Source of the DNA: Crocinitomicaceae bacterium
GTDB taxonomy: Bacteria > Bacteroidota > Bacteroidia > Flavobacteriales_D > Sanyastnellaceae
DNA: 64,000 nt
Reading direction: 5' to 3'
Assembly (NCBI GenBank): GCA_042089915.1
Contig: JBELJZ010000002.1
Span: 13,883 to 77,882 of the forward strand
In this document: one piece after another, positions 35,139 to 45,109 of the stretch
How positions within the stretch are numbered: position 1 is the first letter of the stretch
Layout: each line of letters starts with the position of its first letter
Translations under genes and position numbers: made by a program
The notes under the pieces: generated by a model
Seen by the model: the letters and a program-made list of their open reading frames with translations, nothing else
The model's database searches: none
Told to the model about the DNA's origin: nothing

Positions 35139-36434
35139 ATGCTTCCATCTCGATCCGCCTTCCTTGTTCTGACTGTTCTGGCCGCGCTCCTTTCGGGCTG
35201 TGGACCGTCGGACCAATCGGCAGGCGATGCCAGGGCCTTGGCCCATGGGGAAACCGCCAGAAGCGGGGCGACGGCATCGGAGTTGACGATGGACCAGCTG
35301 GAAGCCCAGCGGTTCGGACTCCCGGACACTGTGGCCCTCCGTGTGGAAACCGGCACGGTCCGTTCCGGCCAGAGCCTGTCCCACTTGCTCACCCCAGCCG
35401 GGGTGGGACCCCAGACACTACACCGCATCGCCACGGAAGAGCGGGATGTCTATGATGTACGGCGCATGAAAGCCGGTCAAGACTGGCGTCTGTTTCGCGG
35501 GCCCGATGGCCGTCCCCGCCATTTCGCCTACCTCATCAACCGCAAGGATTACGTCGTCTTCGACCTCAACCAGGGCGGTTCAGTCCGAAAGGGGGCCTTC
35601 CCCTCGGAAACCCGCCGCGACTTCGTGGAAGGAGAAGTCCAAGGCAGCCTGTACCAAGTGCTGGAAGACGCCGGGCACACCACCACGCTGGCCCTCGCCA
35701 TGTCCCAGGTCTACGCGTGGACCATCGACTTCAGCCGCATCCAAGCCGGTGACCGTTTCCGCATCCTCTATGAACGTGACTGGGTCAGCAACGAGGCCGA
35801 TGGCATGCCCCGCATCTTGGCGGCCGAATTCGTCCACCGCGGCCGCAATTTCCCAGCCTATGCCTTCGACCAGGGGGACGGTGTGGACCATTTCGATGAG
35901 ACCGGTGCCAGCCTGCGCAAAGCCTTCCTGAAGGCCCCGGTGGAATTCAGCCGCATTTCGAGCCGCTTTGACAAGAAGCGATTCCACCCGGTGCTCAAGA
36001 AGGTCAAGGCCCACCTCGGCACGGACTACGCCGCTCCACATGGGACCCCGATTGTCTCGGTCGGCGACGGTGTGGTCGTCAAGGCCAGCTACACGAAGGG
36101 CAACGGGAAATACGTCAAGGTGCGCCACAATAGCACCTACACCACGCAGTACCTCCACATGAGCCGCCGCAACGTGAAAGAAGGGCAGGCCGTGCGACAG
36201 GGGGATGTCATCGGGTATGTGGGCAGCACCGGCCTGGCCACCGGCCCGCACGTCTGCTTCCGATTCTGGAAGAATGGCCAACAGGTGGACCACCTCCGCG
36301 AAGAGTTCCCGCCGTCCACGCCGATCCGCGAAGACCAACAACCGGCCTTCGCAGATGCCGTGGCGGATTGGATGGAGGAGATGGCCCGGTACGATGGCGG
36401 TTCCGAAAGCCAGCTCGCCGCGCAGACGCCCTGA
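35139..36434 (+). CDS. M23-family peptidoglycan metalloendopeptidase lipoprotein
   Basis: The first ATG (35139) gives the lipobox LLSGCG. HLGTDYAAPHGTPIVSVGDG (HxxxD) is present. The HxH position reads HVC (GPHVCFRFWKNG). Confidence 0.85.
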   Translation: MLPSRSAFLVLTVLAALLSGCGPSDQSAGDARALAHGETARSGATASELTMDQLEAQRFGLPDTVALRVETGTVRSGQSLSHLLTPAGVGPQTLHRIATEERDVYDVRRMKAGQDWRLFRGPDGRPRHFAYLINRKDYVVFDLNQGGSVRKGAFPSETRRDFVEGEVQGSLYQVLEDAGHTTTLALAMSQVYAWTIDFSRIQAGDRFRILYERDWVSNEADGMPRILAAEFVHRGRNFPAYAFDQGDGVDHFDETGASLRKAFLKAPVEFSRISSRFDKKRFHPVLKKVKAHLGTDYAAPHGTPIVSVGDGVVVKASYTKGNGKYVKVRHNSTYTTQYLHMSRRNVKEGQAVRQGDVIGYVGSTGLATGPHVCFRFWKNGQQVDHLREEFPPSTPIREDQQPAFADAVADWMEEMARYDGGSESQLAAQTP

Positions 36435-36475
36435 CCCTGCCGCCTTTGCTGCTGCTCAGTCGCGGCGCCCGCCGG

Positions 36476-38179
36476 TCATGCCGACCAGCTTTCGACCTCC
36501 TCTAATTGAAGGGCCGGAAGGTCCAACTTGTTCTTTTTCCGGAAGCCGTTGAGCTTCTCGCGCAGTGCCGTCGGCTTGGCCTCGCGGATGGCCTCTGGGG
36601 TATCGAACCCGGCAGCCGCCACGTGCGGCGCCCACTCCGATGGGACGCCCATCGCTTCAAGCGCATCCAAATCCGGCCCGCTTCGGAACACCTCCGGCCG
36701 CATCTGCGGGAAGAAGAGCACCTCCTGGATGGAGCGCTGGTCAGTGAGCATCATCACGAGGCGATCCACCCCGATGCCGACGCCGCTGGTCGGCGGCATG
36801 CCGAATTCCAGCGCGCGCAAGAAGTCCTGGTCGATGAACATCGCCTCGTCGTCCCCGCGCTCTCCGAGTTTAAGCTGGTCCTCGAACCGTTCGCGCTGGT
36901 CGATGGGGTCGTTGAGCTCGCTGTAAGCGTTGGCGACTTCGGTGCCGTTGATGAAGAGCTCGAACCGCTCCGTGTAACCCGGCTTGTCGCGGTGGGCCTT
37001 GGTGAGCGGCGACATCTCCACCGGGTAATCCGTGATGAAGGTGGGCTGCACGAGGTGGTGCTCGCACTTCTCGCCGAAGATCTCGTCGATCAGCTTGCCC
37101 TTGCCCATGCTGTCGTCCACTTCGATGCCGAGGTCGGAACAGGTCCCGCGCAGGGCGGCTTCGTCCATGCCGTCGATGTCGACGCCGGCGTGCTCGAGGA
37201 TGGCATCGCGCATCGACAGCCGGCGATAAGGCGGCGCGAAGTCGATGGTGTTGCCCTCCAGCGTGGCGGTGTTGGTGCCATGGACGGCATGGCAAACCCG
37301 CTCGAGCAGCTGCTCGATGGTCTCCATCATCCAGTGGTAATCCTGGTAGGCGACGTACAACTCGAGGACGGTGAACTCCGGATTGTGCGTCCGGTCCATG
37401 CCCTCGTTGCGGAAGTTGCGGGAGAATTCGAAGACGCCGTCAAAGCCACCGACGATGAGGCGCTTGAGGTACAGCTCGTTGGCGATGCGGAGGTACAAGG
37501 GAATGTCCAGCGCGTTGTGGTGCGTGACAAACGGCCGCGCCGCGGCACCCCCGGGAATGGCCTGCAGCACCGGCGTGTCCACCTCGAGCCACCCTTTCTC
37601 GGTAAAGGCGTCCCGCATGGCTTGGATAACCCGGCTGCGGGCCTCAAACGTGCGCTTGACCTCGGGGTTGACCACCAGGTCGACATAGCGCATCCGGTAG
37701 CGGAGCTCGGGGTCGGTGAAGGCGTCGTACACCTTGCCATCCTCGTCGGTTTTGACGGAGGGCAAGGGGCGAATGGACTTGCTGAGAACGGTGAGCTCCT
37801 TGACCAACACGCTCGGCTCCCCGGTCTGGGTGGTGAATGTGATGCCCTTCACTCCGACGATGTCGCCGCGGTCGAGCAGCTTCTTGAAGACGGTGTTGTA
37901 CATCGTCTTGTCCTCGTCGGGACAGAGCTCATCGCGATTGAGGTAGATCTGGATTTTGCCCGTGGCGTCCTGCAGCTCGGCAAAGGAGGCCTTGCCCATG
38001 ATGCGGCGGGAGAGGATGCGGCCGGCGAGACAGACCTCCCGGTCGGCTGCGAAATCGGCGGACAATGGGCCGGCTTGGGTGTCCACGGGGTAGGCGGCGG
38101 CCGGGTAGGGATCAATGCCCAGCTGGCGGAGTTGGGCGAGGCTCTCGAGGCGGACGCGTTCCTGTTCGGATCGGATCAT
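36476..38179 (-). CDS. lysS: Lysine--tRNA ligase (class II)
   Basis: ATG at 38179 (MIRSEQERVRLESL). 567 aa. Class II motifs (FRNEGMDRTHNPEFT, GVGIGVDRLVMMLT). About 70-aa C-terminal extension. Confidence 0.95.
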   Translation of the reverse strand: MIRSEQERVRLESLAQLRQLGIDPYPAAAYPVDTQAGPLSADFAADREVCLAGRILSRRIMGKASFAELQDATGKIQIYLNRDELCPDEDKTMYNTVFKKLLDRGDIVGVKGITFTTQTGEPSVLVKELTVLSKSIRPLPSVKTDEDGKVYDAFTDPELRYRMRYVDLVVNPEVKRTFEARSRVIQAMRDAFTEKGWLEVDTPVLQAIPGGAAARPFVTHHNALDIPLYLRIANELYLKRLIVGGFDGVFEFSRNFRNEGMDRTHNPEFTVLELYVAYQDYHWMMETIEQLLERVCHAVHGTNTATLEGNTIDFAPPYRRLSMRDAILEHAGVDIDGMDEAALRGTCSDLGIEVDDSMGKGKLIDEIFGEKCEHHLVQPTFITDYPVEMSPLTKAHRDKPGYTERFELFINGTEVANAYSELNDPIDQRERFEDQLKLGERGDDEAMFIDQDFLRALEFGMPPTSGVGIGVDRLVMMLTDQRSIQEVLFFPQMRPEVFRSGPDLDALEAMGVPSEWAPHVAAAGFDTPEAIREAKPTALREKLNGFRKKNKLDLPALQLEEVESWSA

Positions 38180-38206
38180 GGTGAATCGGGTGGGTGAACG
38201 GCTGGG

Positions 38207-38214
38207 CGAAATTA
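38207..38214 (-). promoter_or_regulatory. Putative -7-like box TAATTTCG upstream of lysS
   Basis: Reverse complement of cgaaatta, 27 nt upstream of the lysS ATG. Confidence 0.3.
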
Positions 38215-38267
38215 GGCCTCCTTCGCCCGTTGCGCCGCAGTACTTTAGACGTGTGACCCAATCCGCC

Positions 38268-39263
38268 ATGCGAGACCTCATCGCTTCCTTCCCCGAACAG
38301 CTCTCCGGTGCGGCCGCATCCATGGCCACACAGCCCTTGCCGTCCACCCCGCCGCCACACGACCGGGTGCTCGTGCTCGGCATGGGCGGGTCCGGCATTG
38401 GTGGTCGGTTCCTCGCCGGGCTCCTCGCCGACACGGCCAAAGTGCCCGTCGCAAGTGGCCACGATTACCGCATCCCGGCATGGGTCGGTCCTTCCACCGT
38501 GGTCATCGCCTGCAGCTACAGCGGCAACACCGAGGAGACCCTGACGGCGCTCGATGCGGCCATCTCAGCCGGCGCCCAAGTGCGCGCCCTCACCTCTGGC
38601 GGCCGGTTGGGAGAATTGGCCTCAGAACACGGGTGGCCCTGCCTCATGGTGCCGGGGGGCCAACCCCCGCGCTCCCAATTCGGGTGGGCCGTGACCGGTT
38701 TGCTTCACCATTTCGCCGCCCTGGGACACGCCCTAGCGGATGCGCCGGACGTTCTGGCCGAGGTGGACGCCGCTGCAGACCTGCTGCGAGCCTCGCAGGA
38801 CAACCTTGTCTCCGTGGCGAACCAATGGACGACCCTGCTCAGAGAGACCACTCCGTTGCTGTACGGGGAAGCTGCCCTCGAACCAGTGCTGATTCGCTGG
38901 CGCCAACAGCTCAACGAAAACGCCAAGCGGCTCTGCAATCACCACGTCTTTCCCGAGATGAACCACAACGAACTCGTGGGCTGGGAAAGTGGAGACGCCA
39001 GCCTCACAGCCCTCTTCCTTCATACGTCGGAAGACCACCCGAGGACCGCGGAAAGGATGCGGCTGTGCAAAGAGATCTTCAGCCAGGCCGGTGCCGAGGT
39101 CGCCGAATTCCGCGCAGCCGGGGACACCCGACTTCAGCGCTGGATGCACCTGGTTCACCTCGGCGACTGGCTGTCCTTGCGGATGGCCGAAGAAGCGGGG
39201 GTGGACCCCGTGGACATCCGCCACATTGATTACCTCAAAGGCGAGCTGGCCAAAATGGGATGA
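38268..39263 (+). CDS. SIS-domain bifunctional phosphoglucose/phosphomannose isomerase-like protein
   Basis: ATG at 38268 ([12 protein letters not shown]). SIS motifs [10 protein letters not shown] and [13 protein letters not shown]-terminal PMI-type region [12 protein letters not shown]. Confidence 0.75.
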   Translation: MRDLIASFPEQLSGAAASMATQPLPSTPPPHDRVLVLGMGGSGIGGRFLAGLLADTAKVPVASGHDYRIPAWVGPSTVVIACSYSGNTEETLTALDAAISAGAQVRALTSGGRLGELASEHGWPCLMVPGGQPPRSQFGWAVTGLLHHFAALGHALADAPDVLAEVDAAADLLRASQDNLVSVANQWTTLLRETTPLLYGEAALEPVLIRWRQQLNENAKRLCNHHVFPEMNHNELVGWESGDASLTALFLHTSEDHPRTAERMRLCKEIFSQAGAEVAEFRAAGDTRLQRWMHLVHLGDWLSLRMAEEAGVDPVDIRHIDYLKGELAKMG

Positions 39264-40009
39264 TCCCCAAAGTGCACGTGCGCGATCTGGGCCGCGCCGA
39301 CTACAAGCCCACCTGGGACCTCCAGGAGCAGCTGCTCAAAACGGCCGTCGACCGAAAGATCGCCCGCCGTCGGGCCGGCCTGTCCGAATCGTGCCGGGTG
39401 GCCAGCGAGACCCCGGAGGAATTCCCCTGGCCGGAACACCACCTCCTGTTTGTCGAGCACCCACACGTGCTGACCCTCGGCAAGAGCGGAGATGCCAATC
39501 ACGTCGTCGTGTCACCCGAGCGTTTGAAGGAGCTGGGCGTCGAATACCACGAAATCAACCGCGGAGGCGACATCACCTACCACGGTCCCGGACAATTGGT
39601 CGCTTATCCCATCCTCGACCTCGACCAATTCCGGACCGACATCGGATGGTATCTGCGTCAGCTGGAGGAAGCGGTCATCCGCACCTGTGCTGACTGGGGG
39701 GTGAAGGCGGGACGCGTGGAGGGCCTGACCGGCGTGTGGGTCGACCCCGATGCCGGACTGGGCGCCCGTAAGATTTGTGCCATCGGCGTCAAATGCAGCC
39801 GGTGGGTCACCATGCACGGCCTCGCCTTCAACCTCGACACCGACCTCGACTTCTTCAATCTCATCGTGCCCTGTGGCATCACCGACCGCGGGGTGACCAG
39901 CCTTGCCCGGGAGTCCGGCCGGCCCATGAACCGCGATGCTGTCAAGGAGGCCTTGACGGCGCACCTGCTGGATGCTTTGGGAGGTCGCCGTCATTCCCCA
40001 GCCCCATGA
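39260..40009 (+). CDS. lipB: Lipoyl(octanoyl) transferase
   Basis: 249 aa. [18 protein letters not shown] and [25 protein letters not shown] overlap with the upstream gene. Confidence 0.9.
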   Translation: MIPKVHVRDLGRADYKPTWDLQEQLLKTAVDRKIARRRAGLSESCRVASETPEEFPWPEHHLLFVEHPHVLTLGKSGDANHVVVSPERLKELGVEYHEINRGGDITYHGPGQLVAYPILDLDQFRTDIGWYLRQLEEAVIRTCADWGVKAGRVEGLTGVWVDPDAGLGARKICAIGVKCSRWVTMHGLAFNLDTDLDFFNLIVPCGITDRGVTSLARESGRPMNRDAVKEALTAHLLDALGGRRHSPAP

Positions 40010-41163
40010 AGCGCATCCTCGCCTGGACCCTCGGGGCCGTTCTCGCCCTGGTCACCTTGAGCTTCATCACCGACAATGGCCACATCTGGAAGGGCTTGCG
40101 AGAATGCTACCTCCGCGGCTACCGCAGCACCCAGATCGACGATCTGCCCTTCCAGTCCACGCGCACGATTTCTGCTTCGCCCTCTCCCAAGGTTTGGCCG
40201 AAGCACCGCCGCTTCACGGACCGACTGCCGGCCGCCGTCCAGGATTCAACCCATGCCCAAGGCACCGTGGCGATCGCCCTGATTCACCGGGACTCACTCC
40301 TGCTCGACTGGACTTCGCACCGCATTGAAGGGGCGGACACGATGCGCACCAATGCGTTCAGCATCGCCAAGACGTTCACCGCACTGGCCATCGGAGCGGC
40401 AGTGACAGACGGCTTGCTGTCCGTGGACGACCCCGTTTCCAAATTCCTGCCGCGCTTCGACGTCGACGGTCCTGGCGCCGAACTGACCGTCAAGCACCTC
40501 CTGCAAATGCGCAGCGGAATCCCATTCGGAGAAAACTACAAGAATCCAGTGGGCTTCATGGCGCGGTCCACCTACGGCCGAGACATCCTGGACCGGACCG
40601 CGGAATACGCCGTGGAGGGGACAGCTGGCACCCCTTGGAAGTACCAGGGCGGCAACACGCTGGTCCTGCAAGACATCCTGCTCCACCTGATCGACGAGCC
40701 GCTGGGCAGCTGGTTTGAACGGCGCATCTGGCATCCGCTGGGCTGTGCTGAGGACGCGGCGTGGGCGGTGGACAACCGTGGCCACGAACGGAACTACTGC
40801 TGCTTCTTCTCGCGAGCCAAAGAGTACGCGCGCCTCGGTCAATTCCTGCTCGACTCTGGCCAAGTGAACGGCGAACAACTCATCGATCGCCGTTTCATGA
40901 CGGAGCTCATGTCGCCCGTTGGACCGCTCGCCGACGGCTCCAACATCCAACATTATGGCTACCAAGTATGGATGGGCCAGCATGCGGGACACAACTTCAC
41001 GGCCTATGTCGGCCTTCACGGCCAATACATTCTGGCGGTGCACGACTTGGACCTGGTCGCAGTTCGGACTGGCTTCCGACGTCCCAAGGGAAAGGTCCGC
41101 CACCTGGATGTGGACCTGTACTCCACCCTGGACTTGGCATTTGCCTTGGTCGAGTCGACCTGA
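40006..41163 (+). CDS. Serine hydrolase (beta-lactamase/transpeptidase-like family)
   Basis: ATG at 40006 (ATGA overlap with lipB). N-terminal TM/signal. SxxK motif in [15 protein letters not shown]. Confidence 0.8.
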   Translation: MKRILAWTLGAVLALVTLSFITDNGHIWKGLRECYLRGYRSTQIDDLPFQSTRTISASPSPKVWPKHRRFTDRLPAAVQDSTHAQGTVAIALIHRDSLLLDWTSHRIEGADTMRTNAFSIAKTFTALAIGAAVTDGLLSVDDPVSKFLPRFDVDGPGAELTVKHLLQMRSGIPFGENYKNPVGFMARSTYGRDILDRTAEYAVEGTAGTPWKYQGGNTLVLQDILLHLIDEPLGSWFERRIWHPLGCAEDAAWAVDNRGHERNYCCFFSRAKEYARLGQFLLDSGQVNGEQLIDRRFMTELMSPVGPLADGSNIQHYGYQVWMGQHAGHNFTAYVGLHGQYILAVHDLDLVAVRTGFRRPKGKVRHLDVDLYSTLDLAFALVEST

Positions 41164-41221
41164 AACGACTACAAAATCAATTCTAACACCTGCGAACTTG
41201 GCGTTTTACAGGTTGAATTCG

Positions 41222-41229
41222 TATATTCG
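41222..41229 (+). promoter_or_regulatory. Putative -7-like box TATATTCG upstream of LytTR regulator
   Basis: Lies in the AT-rich 124-nt spacer, 34 nt before ATG 41264 and 58 nt before ATG 41288. Confidence 0.3.
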
Positions 41230-41287
41230 AGTTTGTACGCTTGTGGGAAACGCCAAATTCCCCATGCGACGACCAAATCTTCAGCCA

Positions 41288-42049
41288 ATGACCGCCCAAC
41301 TCGATGCCATCATCGTCGATGATGAAGCACCCGCCCGCGAGGTGCTCCACAGCCAAATTGAACGGCACTGCCCCTTCATCCGTGTGATTGATCAGGCTCC
41401 CAATGCCCGAATTGGATATGACGTCATCCGAAGTGGGCGACCGCACATTGTGTTTGTCGACATCCGGATGCCCTTTGAAAGTGGGTTGGACTTGATCGAC
41501 CGCTTCGACGACCGCGAGTTTTATGTGGTATTCTACACGACCTACCAGGACTACGCCATCGATGCCATCCGTCGCCAAGCATTCGACTATTTGCTGAAGC
41601 CCGTCGACGCTGTCGACCTCAAAGCCTGCGCCAACCGCATTCAAGAGCACTTCCGGATCAAGATGCTCGAGAACGGAGACTTCCACCGCAAACTGGAAGT
41701 GACCACCTCAGGCCAGCGCCACTTCATTCGTCACTCGGAGATTCTCCACGTCGAAGCCAGCGGCAGCTACGCCTGCATCTACAAGACCGACGGCAGCCGC
41801 CTGATGGTCTCCAAGAATCTGAAATACGTCGAGAACCTCATCGACAATCCCAAATTCGTTCGGGTACACAACAGCCAACTCGTCCACCTCAACAAGATTC
41901 GCCAGTGCAACTACCGCACGAATTCCATCACGTTGATGAATGGGAAGGAAATCGCGCTGGCCGTCCGCAAACGCGAAGACCTGCGCCGCCGCATGGCAGA
42001 GTTGGTCTCGCGGGAAGAGCAAAATGGCTTGGGCACAGCCTTGGCCTGA
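41288..42049 (+). CDS. LytTR-family two-component response regulator (orphan)
   Basis: Receiver motifs IIVDDE, IVFVDIRMP and YLLKP, then a LytTR DNA-binding domain (ILHVEASGSYACIYKTDG, FVRVHNSQLVHL). Alternative ATG at 41264. Confidence 0.85.
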   Translation: MTAQLDAIIVDDEAPAREVLHSQIERHCPFIRVIDQAPNARIGYDVIRSGRPHIVFVDIRMPFESGLDLIDRFDDREFYVVFYTTYQDYAIDAIRRQAFDYLLKPVDAVDLKACANRIQEHFRIKMLENGDFHRKLEVTTSGQRHFIRHSEILHVEASGSYACIYKTDGSRLMVSKNLKYVENLIDNPKFVRVHNSQLVHLNKIRQCNYRTNSITLMNGKEIALAVRKREDLRRRMAELVSREEQNGLGTALA

Positions 42050-42067
42050 GCGCCCTGTCCTTCGCGC

Positions 42068-42075
42068 TACCTTCG
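42068..42075 (+). promoter_or_regulatory. Putative -7-like box TACCTTCG upstream of rlmN
   Basis: 7 nt from the ATG at 42083. Confidence 0.35.
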
Positions 42076-42082
42076 CGGCTGC

Positions 42083-43144
42083 ATGGCCGCCATGATCGAC
42101 ATCCGCACGCTCAACGACGCCGCCCTGAAGTCGGCCCTCGTCGACTTGGGCCAGCCCGCCTTCCGCAGCAAACAAGTCGCGGAATGGATCTGGACCAAGG
42201 GGGCTACCCGGTTTGACGACATGACCAACCTCCCTCAAGGTTTGCGGGACGCATTGACCCAAGCATATACCCTCGCCCCCATCGCACCCGAAGAGGAGCA
42301 AGTCAGCCGCGATGGCACGGTGAAATGCGCCTTCCCCATCGAGCCCGGCAAAGTGGTAGAAGGGGTGCTTATTCCGGCGAAAGACCGGATGACCGCCTGC
42401 ATCAGCAGCCAAGTGGGGTGCAGTCTGTCCTGTGCCTTTTGTGCGACCGGCAAACTCAAATTGTTGCGCAACCTCACGGCCGGTGAAATCGTCGACCAGG
42501 TGCGCCACATTGCCCTGCTCGCTGAGCGGCACCACGACCATCGCCTGACCAACATCGTGTATATGGGCATGGGCGAGCCCTTGCTGAATTACCGCAACGT
42601 GCTGGAGTCAGTGGACCGCATCACCGGCACGCCGGGGTTGGGCATGAGCCCCAAACGCATCACCGTCTCCACCGCCGGCATTGCCAAGATGATCCGCAAA
42701 CTGGGCGACGACGAAGTCAAATTCAACCTCGCCCTGAGCCTGCACGCCGCCGAGGATGGCAAGCGCAACCGCATCATGGAGATCAACGAGACGAACGACC
42801 TCGCCAGCCTGCGGGATGCGCTCGTGTACTTCCACGAAAAGACAGGCACGCGCGTCACCTTCGAGTACATCCTGCTCGGCGGATTCAACGACGACATCGA
42901 AGATGCCCGGGACCTCGCGCGTTTCGCTTCCTGCGTTCCGTGCAAGGTGAACCTCATCGAGTACAACCCTATCGACGACGCCCTCTTCCGAAAGGCCGAT
43001 GCCCAGAAGACGGACGACTTCAAGGACGTCCTCGAAGACAAGTTCAACATGGTGGTGAATGTCCGCCGATCCCGCGGGGAAGACATCGATGCGGCCTGCG
43101 GCCAGTTGGCCAACAAGAACAAGCTGGCGGCCGGACAGGCCTAA
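42083..43144 (+). CDS. rlmN: 23S rRNA/tRNA (adenine-C2)-methyltransferase RlmN (radical SAM)
   Basis: 353 aa. CISSQVGCSLSCAFCATG cluster and the C-terminal GEDIDAACGQL motif. Confidence 0.95.
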   Translation: MAAMIDIRTLNDAALKSALVDLGQPAFRSKQVAEWIWTKGATRFDDMTNLPQGLRDALTQAYTLAPIAPEEEQVSRDGTVKCAFPIEPGKVVEGVLIPAKDRMTACISSQVGCSLSCAFCATGKLKLLRNLTAGEIVDQVRHIALLAERHHDHRLTNIVYMGMGEPLLNYRNVLESVDRITGTPGLGMSPKRITVSTAGIAKMIRKLGDDEVKFNLALSLHAAEDGKRNRIMEINETNDLASLRDALVYFHEKTGTRVTFEYILLGGFNDDIEDARDLARFASCVPCKVNLIEYNPIDDALFRKADAQKTDDFKDVLEDKFNMVVNVRRSRGEDIDAACGQLANKNKLAAGQA

Positions 43145-43153
43145 GCGTCGGAA

Positions 43154-44941
43154 TCAGTCGAGCTTGAGGACGGCGAGGAAGGCCTCTTGCGGCACCTCCA
43201 CGGAGCCGACCTGGCGCATGCGCTTCTTTCCTTTCTTCTGCTTCTCGAGCAGCTTCCGCTTCCGCGTGATGTCACCGCCGTAGCACTTCGCCGTAACGTC
43301 CTTCCGGACCGGCTTGATGGTCTCACGGGCGATGATCTTGGCGCCAATGGCCGCCTGCAAGGCGATCATAAACTGCTGGCGCGGAATCAACTCTTTCAAT
43401 TTCGAGCAAATCTTCTTGCCGAGCTCGAAGGCGTTGGAGCGGTGGACGAGGGCGGACAGGGCGTCGACCTGATCGCCGTTGATCAAGATGTCCAGCTTGA
43501 CCAGTTGCGAAGGTTGGTATTGGTCCGGGAAGTAGTCGAAGGAGGCGTAGCCGCGCGACACGCTCTTGAGCTTGTCGTAGAAGTCGAAGACAATCTCACC
43601 GAGCGGCATGGAGAAGGTGAGCTCCACCCGGTCCGATGTGAGGTAGACCTGGTTTTGCAACACGCCCCGCTTGTCGATGCACAAGGTCATGACCGCGCCG
43701 ACATACTCGGCCTTGGTGATGACTTGGGCTTTGATGAACGGCTCCTCCACGTGGTCGAGCTTGCCGGGATCAGGCAGTTCGGAGGGGTTGTTGATGACGA
43801 TCGCCTCTCCCTTTTTGGGGTGGCAGATGTAGCTCACGTTGGGGACCGTCGTGATGACGGTCATGTTGAACTCGCGCTCGAGGCGCTCCTGTACGATCTC
43901 CATATGGAGCATGCCGAGGAAGCCACAGCGGAAGCCAAAGCCGAGCGCCGCCGAGCTTTCCGGCTCGAACACCAGCGAAGCGTCGTTGAGCTGCAGCTTC
44001 TCCATGCTGTAACGGAGCTCTTCGTAGTCCTCCGTGTCCACCGGGTAGATGCCCGCGAAGACCATGGGCTTGACATCCTCGAAGCCCTTCACTGCCTCCT
44101 CGCAAGGAGATGCGGACAAGGTCAATGTGTCTCCGACCTTGACCTCCTTGGCGTCCTTGATGCCGGAGATGATGTAGCCCACATTGCCCGTACTGACCGC
44201 GTCCTGGGGCTGAAGGTCGAGCCCGAGCACCCCGATTTCGTCGGCGTTGTAGTCGCGGCCGGTGTTGAAGAAGCGCACGCGGTCGCCCTTCTTGATCTCG
44301 CCATTCAGCACCCGATAGTAGGCGATGATGCCGCGGAAAGAATTGAAGACGCTGTCGAACACCATCGCCTGCAGTGGTGCTTCCAGATCGCCCTTGGGGG
44401 CGGGAACCCGCTCCACAATGGCCTCCAAAATCTTGTCGACGCCCAGTCCGGTTTTGCCGCTGGCGGGCAACACATCTTCCGGGTGACACCCGATGAGGTC
44501 CACGATTTGGTCCGTCACCGCTTCGGGGTCAGCACTGGGCAGATCCATCTTGTTGAGCACCGGAATGATCTCCAAGTCGTGCTCGATGGCGAGGTAAAGG
44601 TTGGAAATGGTCTGCGCCTCGATGCCCTGGGTGGCGTCGACAATGAGCAAAGCCCCTTCGCATGCGGCAATGGACCGGCTCACTTCATAACTGAAATCCA
44701 CGTGTCCCGGCGTGTCAATGAGGTTGATCACGTAATCCTCGCCTCCCTGACTGTAGCGCATCTGGATGGCGTGGCTCTTGATGGTGATCCCGCGTTCCCG
44801 CTCGAGATCCATGTCGTCCAGGGTCTGCTCCTGCAGCTGGCGATCAGATACCGTCCCGGTCACCTGAAGCAGGCGGTCGGCCAACGTGCTCTTGCCGTGG
44901 TCGATGTGGGCGATGATGCAGAAGTTCCGGATGTTTTTCAT
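43154..44941 (-). CDS. lepA: Elongation factor 4 (LepA)
   Basis: Start re-called to the ATG at 44941 ([24 protein letters not shown]); the track ORF starts at an upstream TTG. The GTPase and LepA C-terminal domains are present. Confidence 0.95.
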   Translation of the reverse strand: MKNIRNFCIIAHIDHGKSTLADRLLQVTGTVSDRQLQEQTLDDMDLERERGITIKSHAIQMRYSQGGEDYVINLIDTPGHVDFSYEVSRSIAACEGALLIVDATQGIEAQTISNLYLAIEHDLEIIPVLNKMDLPSADPEAVTDQIVDLIGCHPEDVLPASGKTGLGVDKILEAIVERVPAPKGDLEAPLQAMVFDSVFNSFRGIIAYYRVLNGEIKKGDRVRFFNTGRDYNADEIGVLGLDLQPQDAVSTGNVGYIISGIKDAKEVKVGDTLTLSASPCEEAVKGFEDVKPMVFAGIYPVDTEDYEELRYSMEKLQLNDASLVFEPESSAALGFGFRCGFLGMLHMEIVQERLEREFNMTVITTVPNVSYICHPKKGEAIVINNPSELPDPGKLDHVEEPFIKAQVITKAEYVGAVMTLCIDKRGVLQNQVYLTSDRVELTFSMPLGEIVFDFYDKLKSVSRGYASFDYFPDQYQPSQLVKLDILINGDQVDALSALVHRSNAFELGKKICSKLKELIPRQQFMIALQAAIGAKIIARETIKPVRKDVTAKCYGGDITRKRKLLEKQKKGKKRMRQVGSVEVPQEAFLAVLKLD

Positions 44942-44950
44942 GGGCAAGGA

Positions 44951-44958
44951 CAAAAGTA
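44951..44958 (-). promoter_or_regulatory. Putative Bacteroidota -7 promoter box TACTTTTG upstream of lepA
   Basis: Exact TAnnTTTG match (reverse complement of caaaagta), 9 nt from the lepA ATG. Confidence 0.45.
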
Positions 44959-45078
44959 CGGCGCATCAAGCCCGCGAAACATGCAACCGACGAACCCAAA
45001 TGAAGGTTTCATAGGGGACAGGTTGACGGCCCAGAACCCCACCCTGTTGTTCGCTTCTGTGGAGCCCGGTGGTTGCGG

Positions 45079-45086
45079 TATATTGC
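45079..45086 (+). promoter_or_regulatory. Putative -7-like box TATATTGC upstream of NIDO-domain cargo gene
   Basis: 23 nt upstream of the ATG at 45110. Confidence 0.3.
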
Positions 45087-45109
45087 GCCCCCGCGAACTA
45101 GACTACCCT

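Noticed and set aside
27813-38197. A series of very long antisense ORFs: 27813..29693 (+), 30625..32694 (-), 32766..35027 (-) and 36506..38197 (+).
   Set aside because: Each mirrors a well-supported gene or genes (rnr; pepP and miaE; ridA, DUF3108 and TDO; lysS). Each lacks any family signature and has the Val/Gly/Asp/His/Leu-rich composition expected from reading GC-rich codons backwards.
43187-45109. The N-terminal 641 codons of the 1,855-aa plus-strand ORF, which would make a 5.5-kb gene.
   Set aside because: This part runs antisense to lepA, whose identity is unambiguous, and then crosses the 168-nt lepA-cargo spacer. A clean signal peptide begins at ATG 45110 and a promoter-like box lies just upstream. 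It is an open frame by chance in high-GC DNA.
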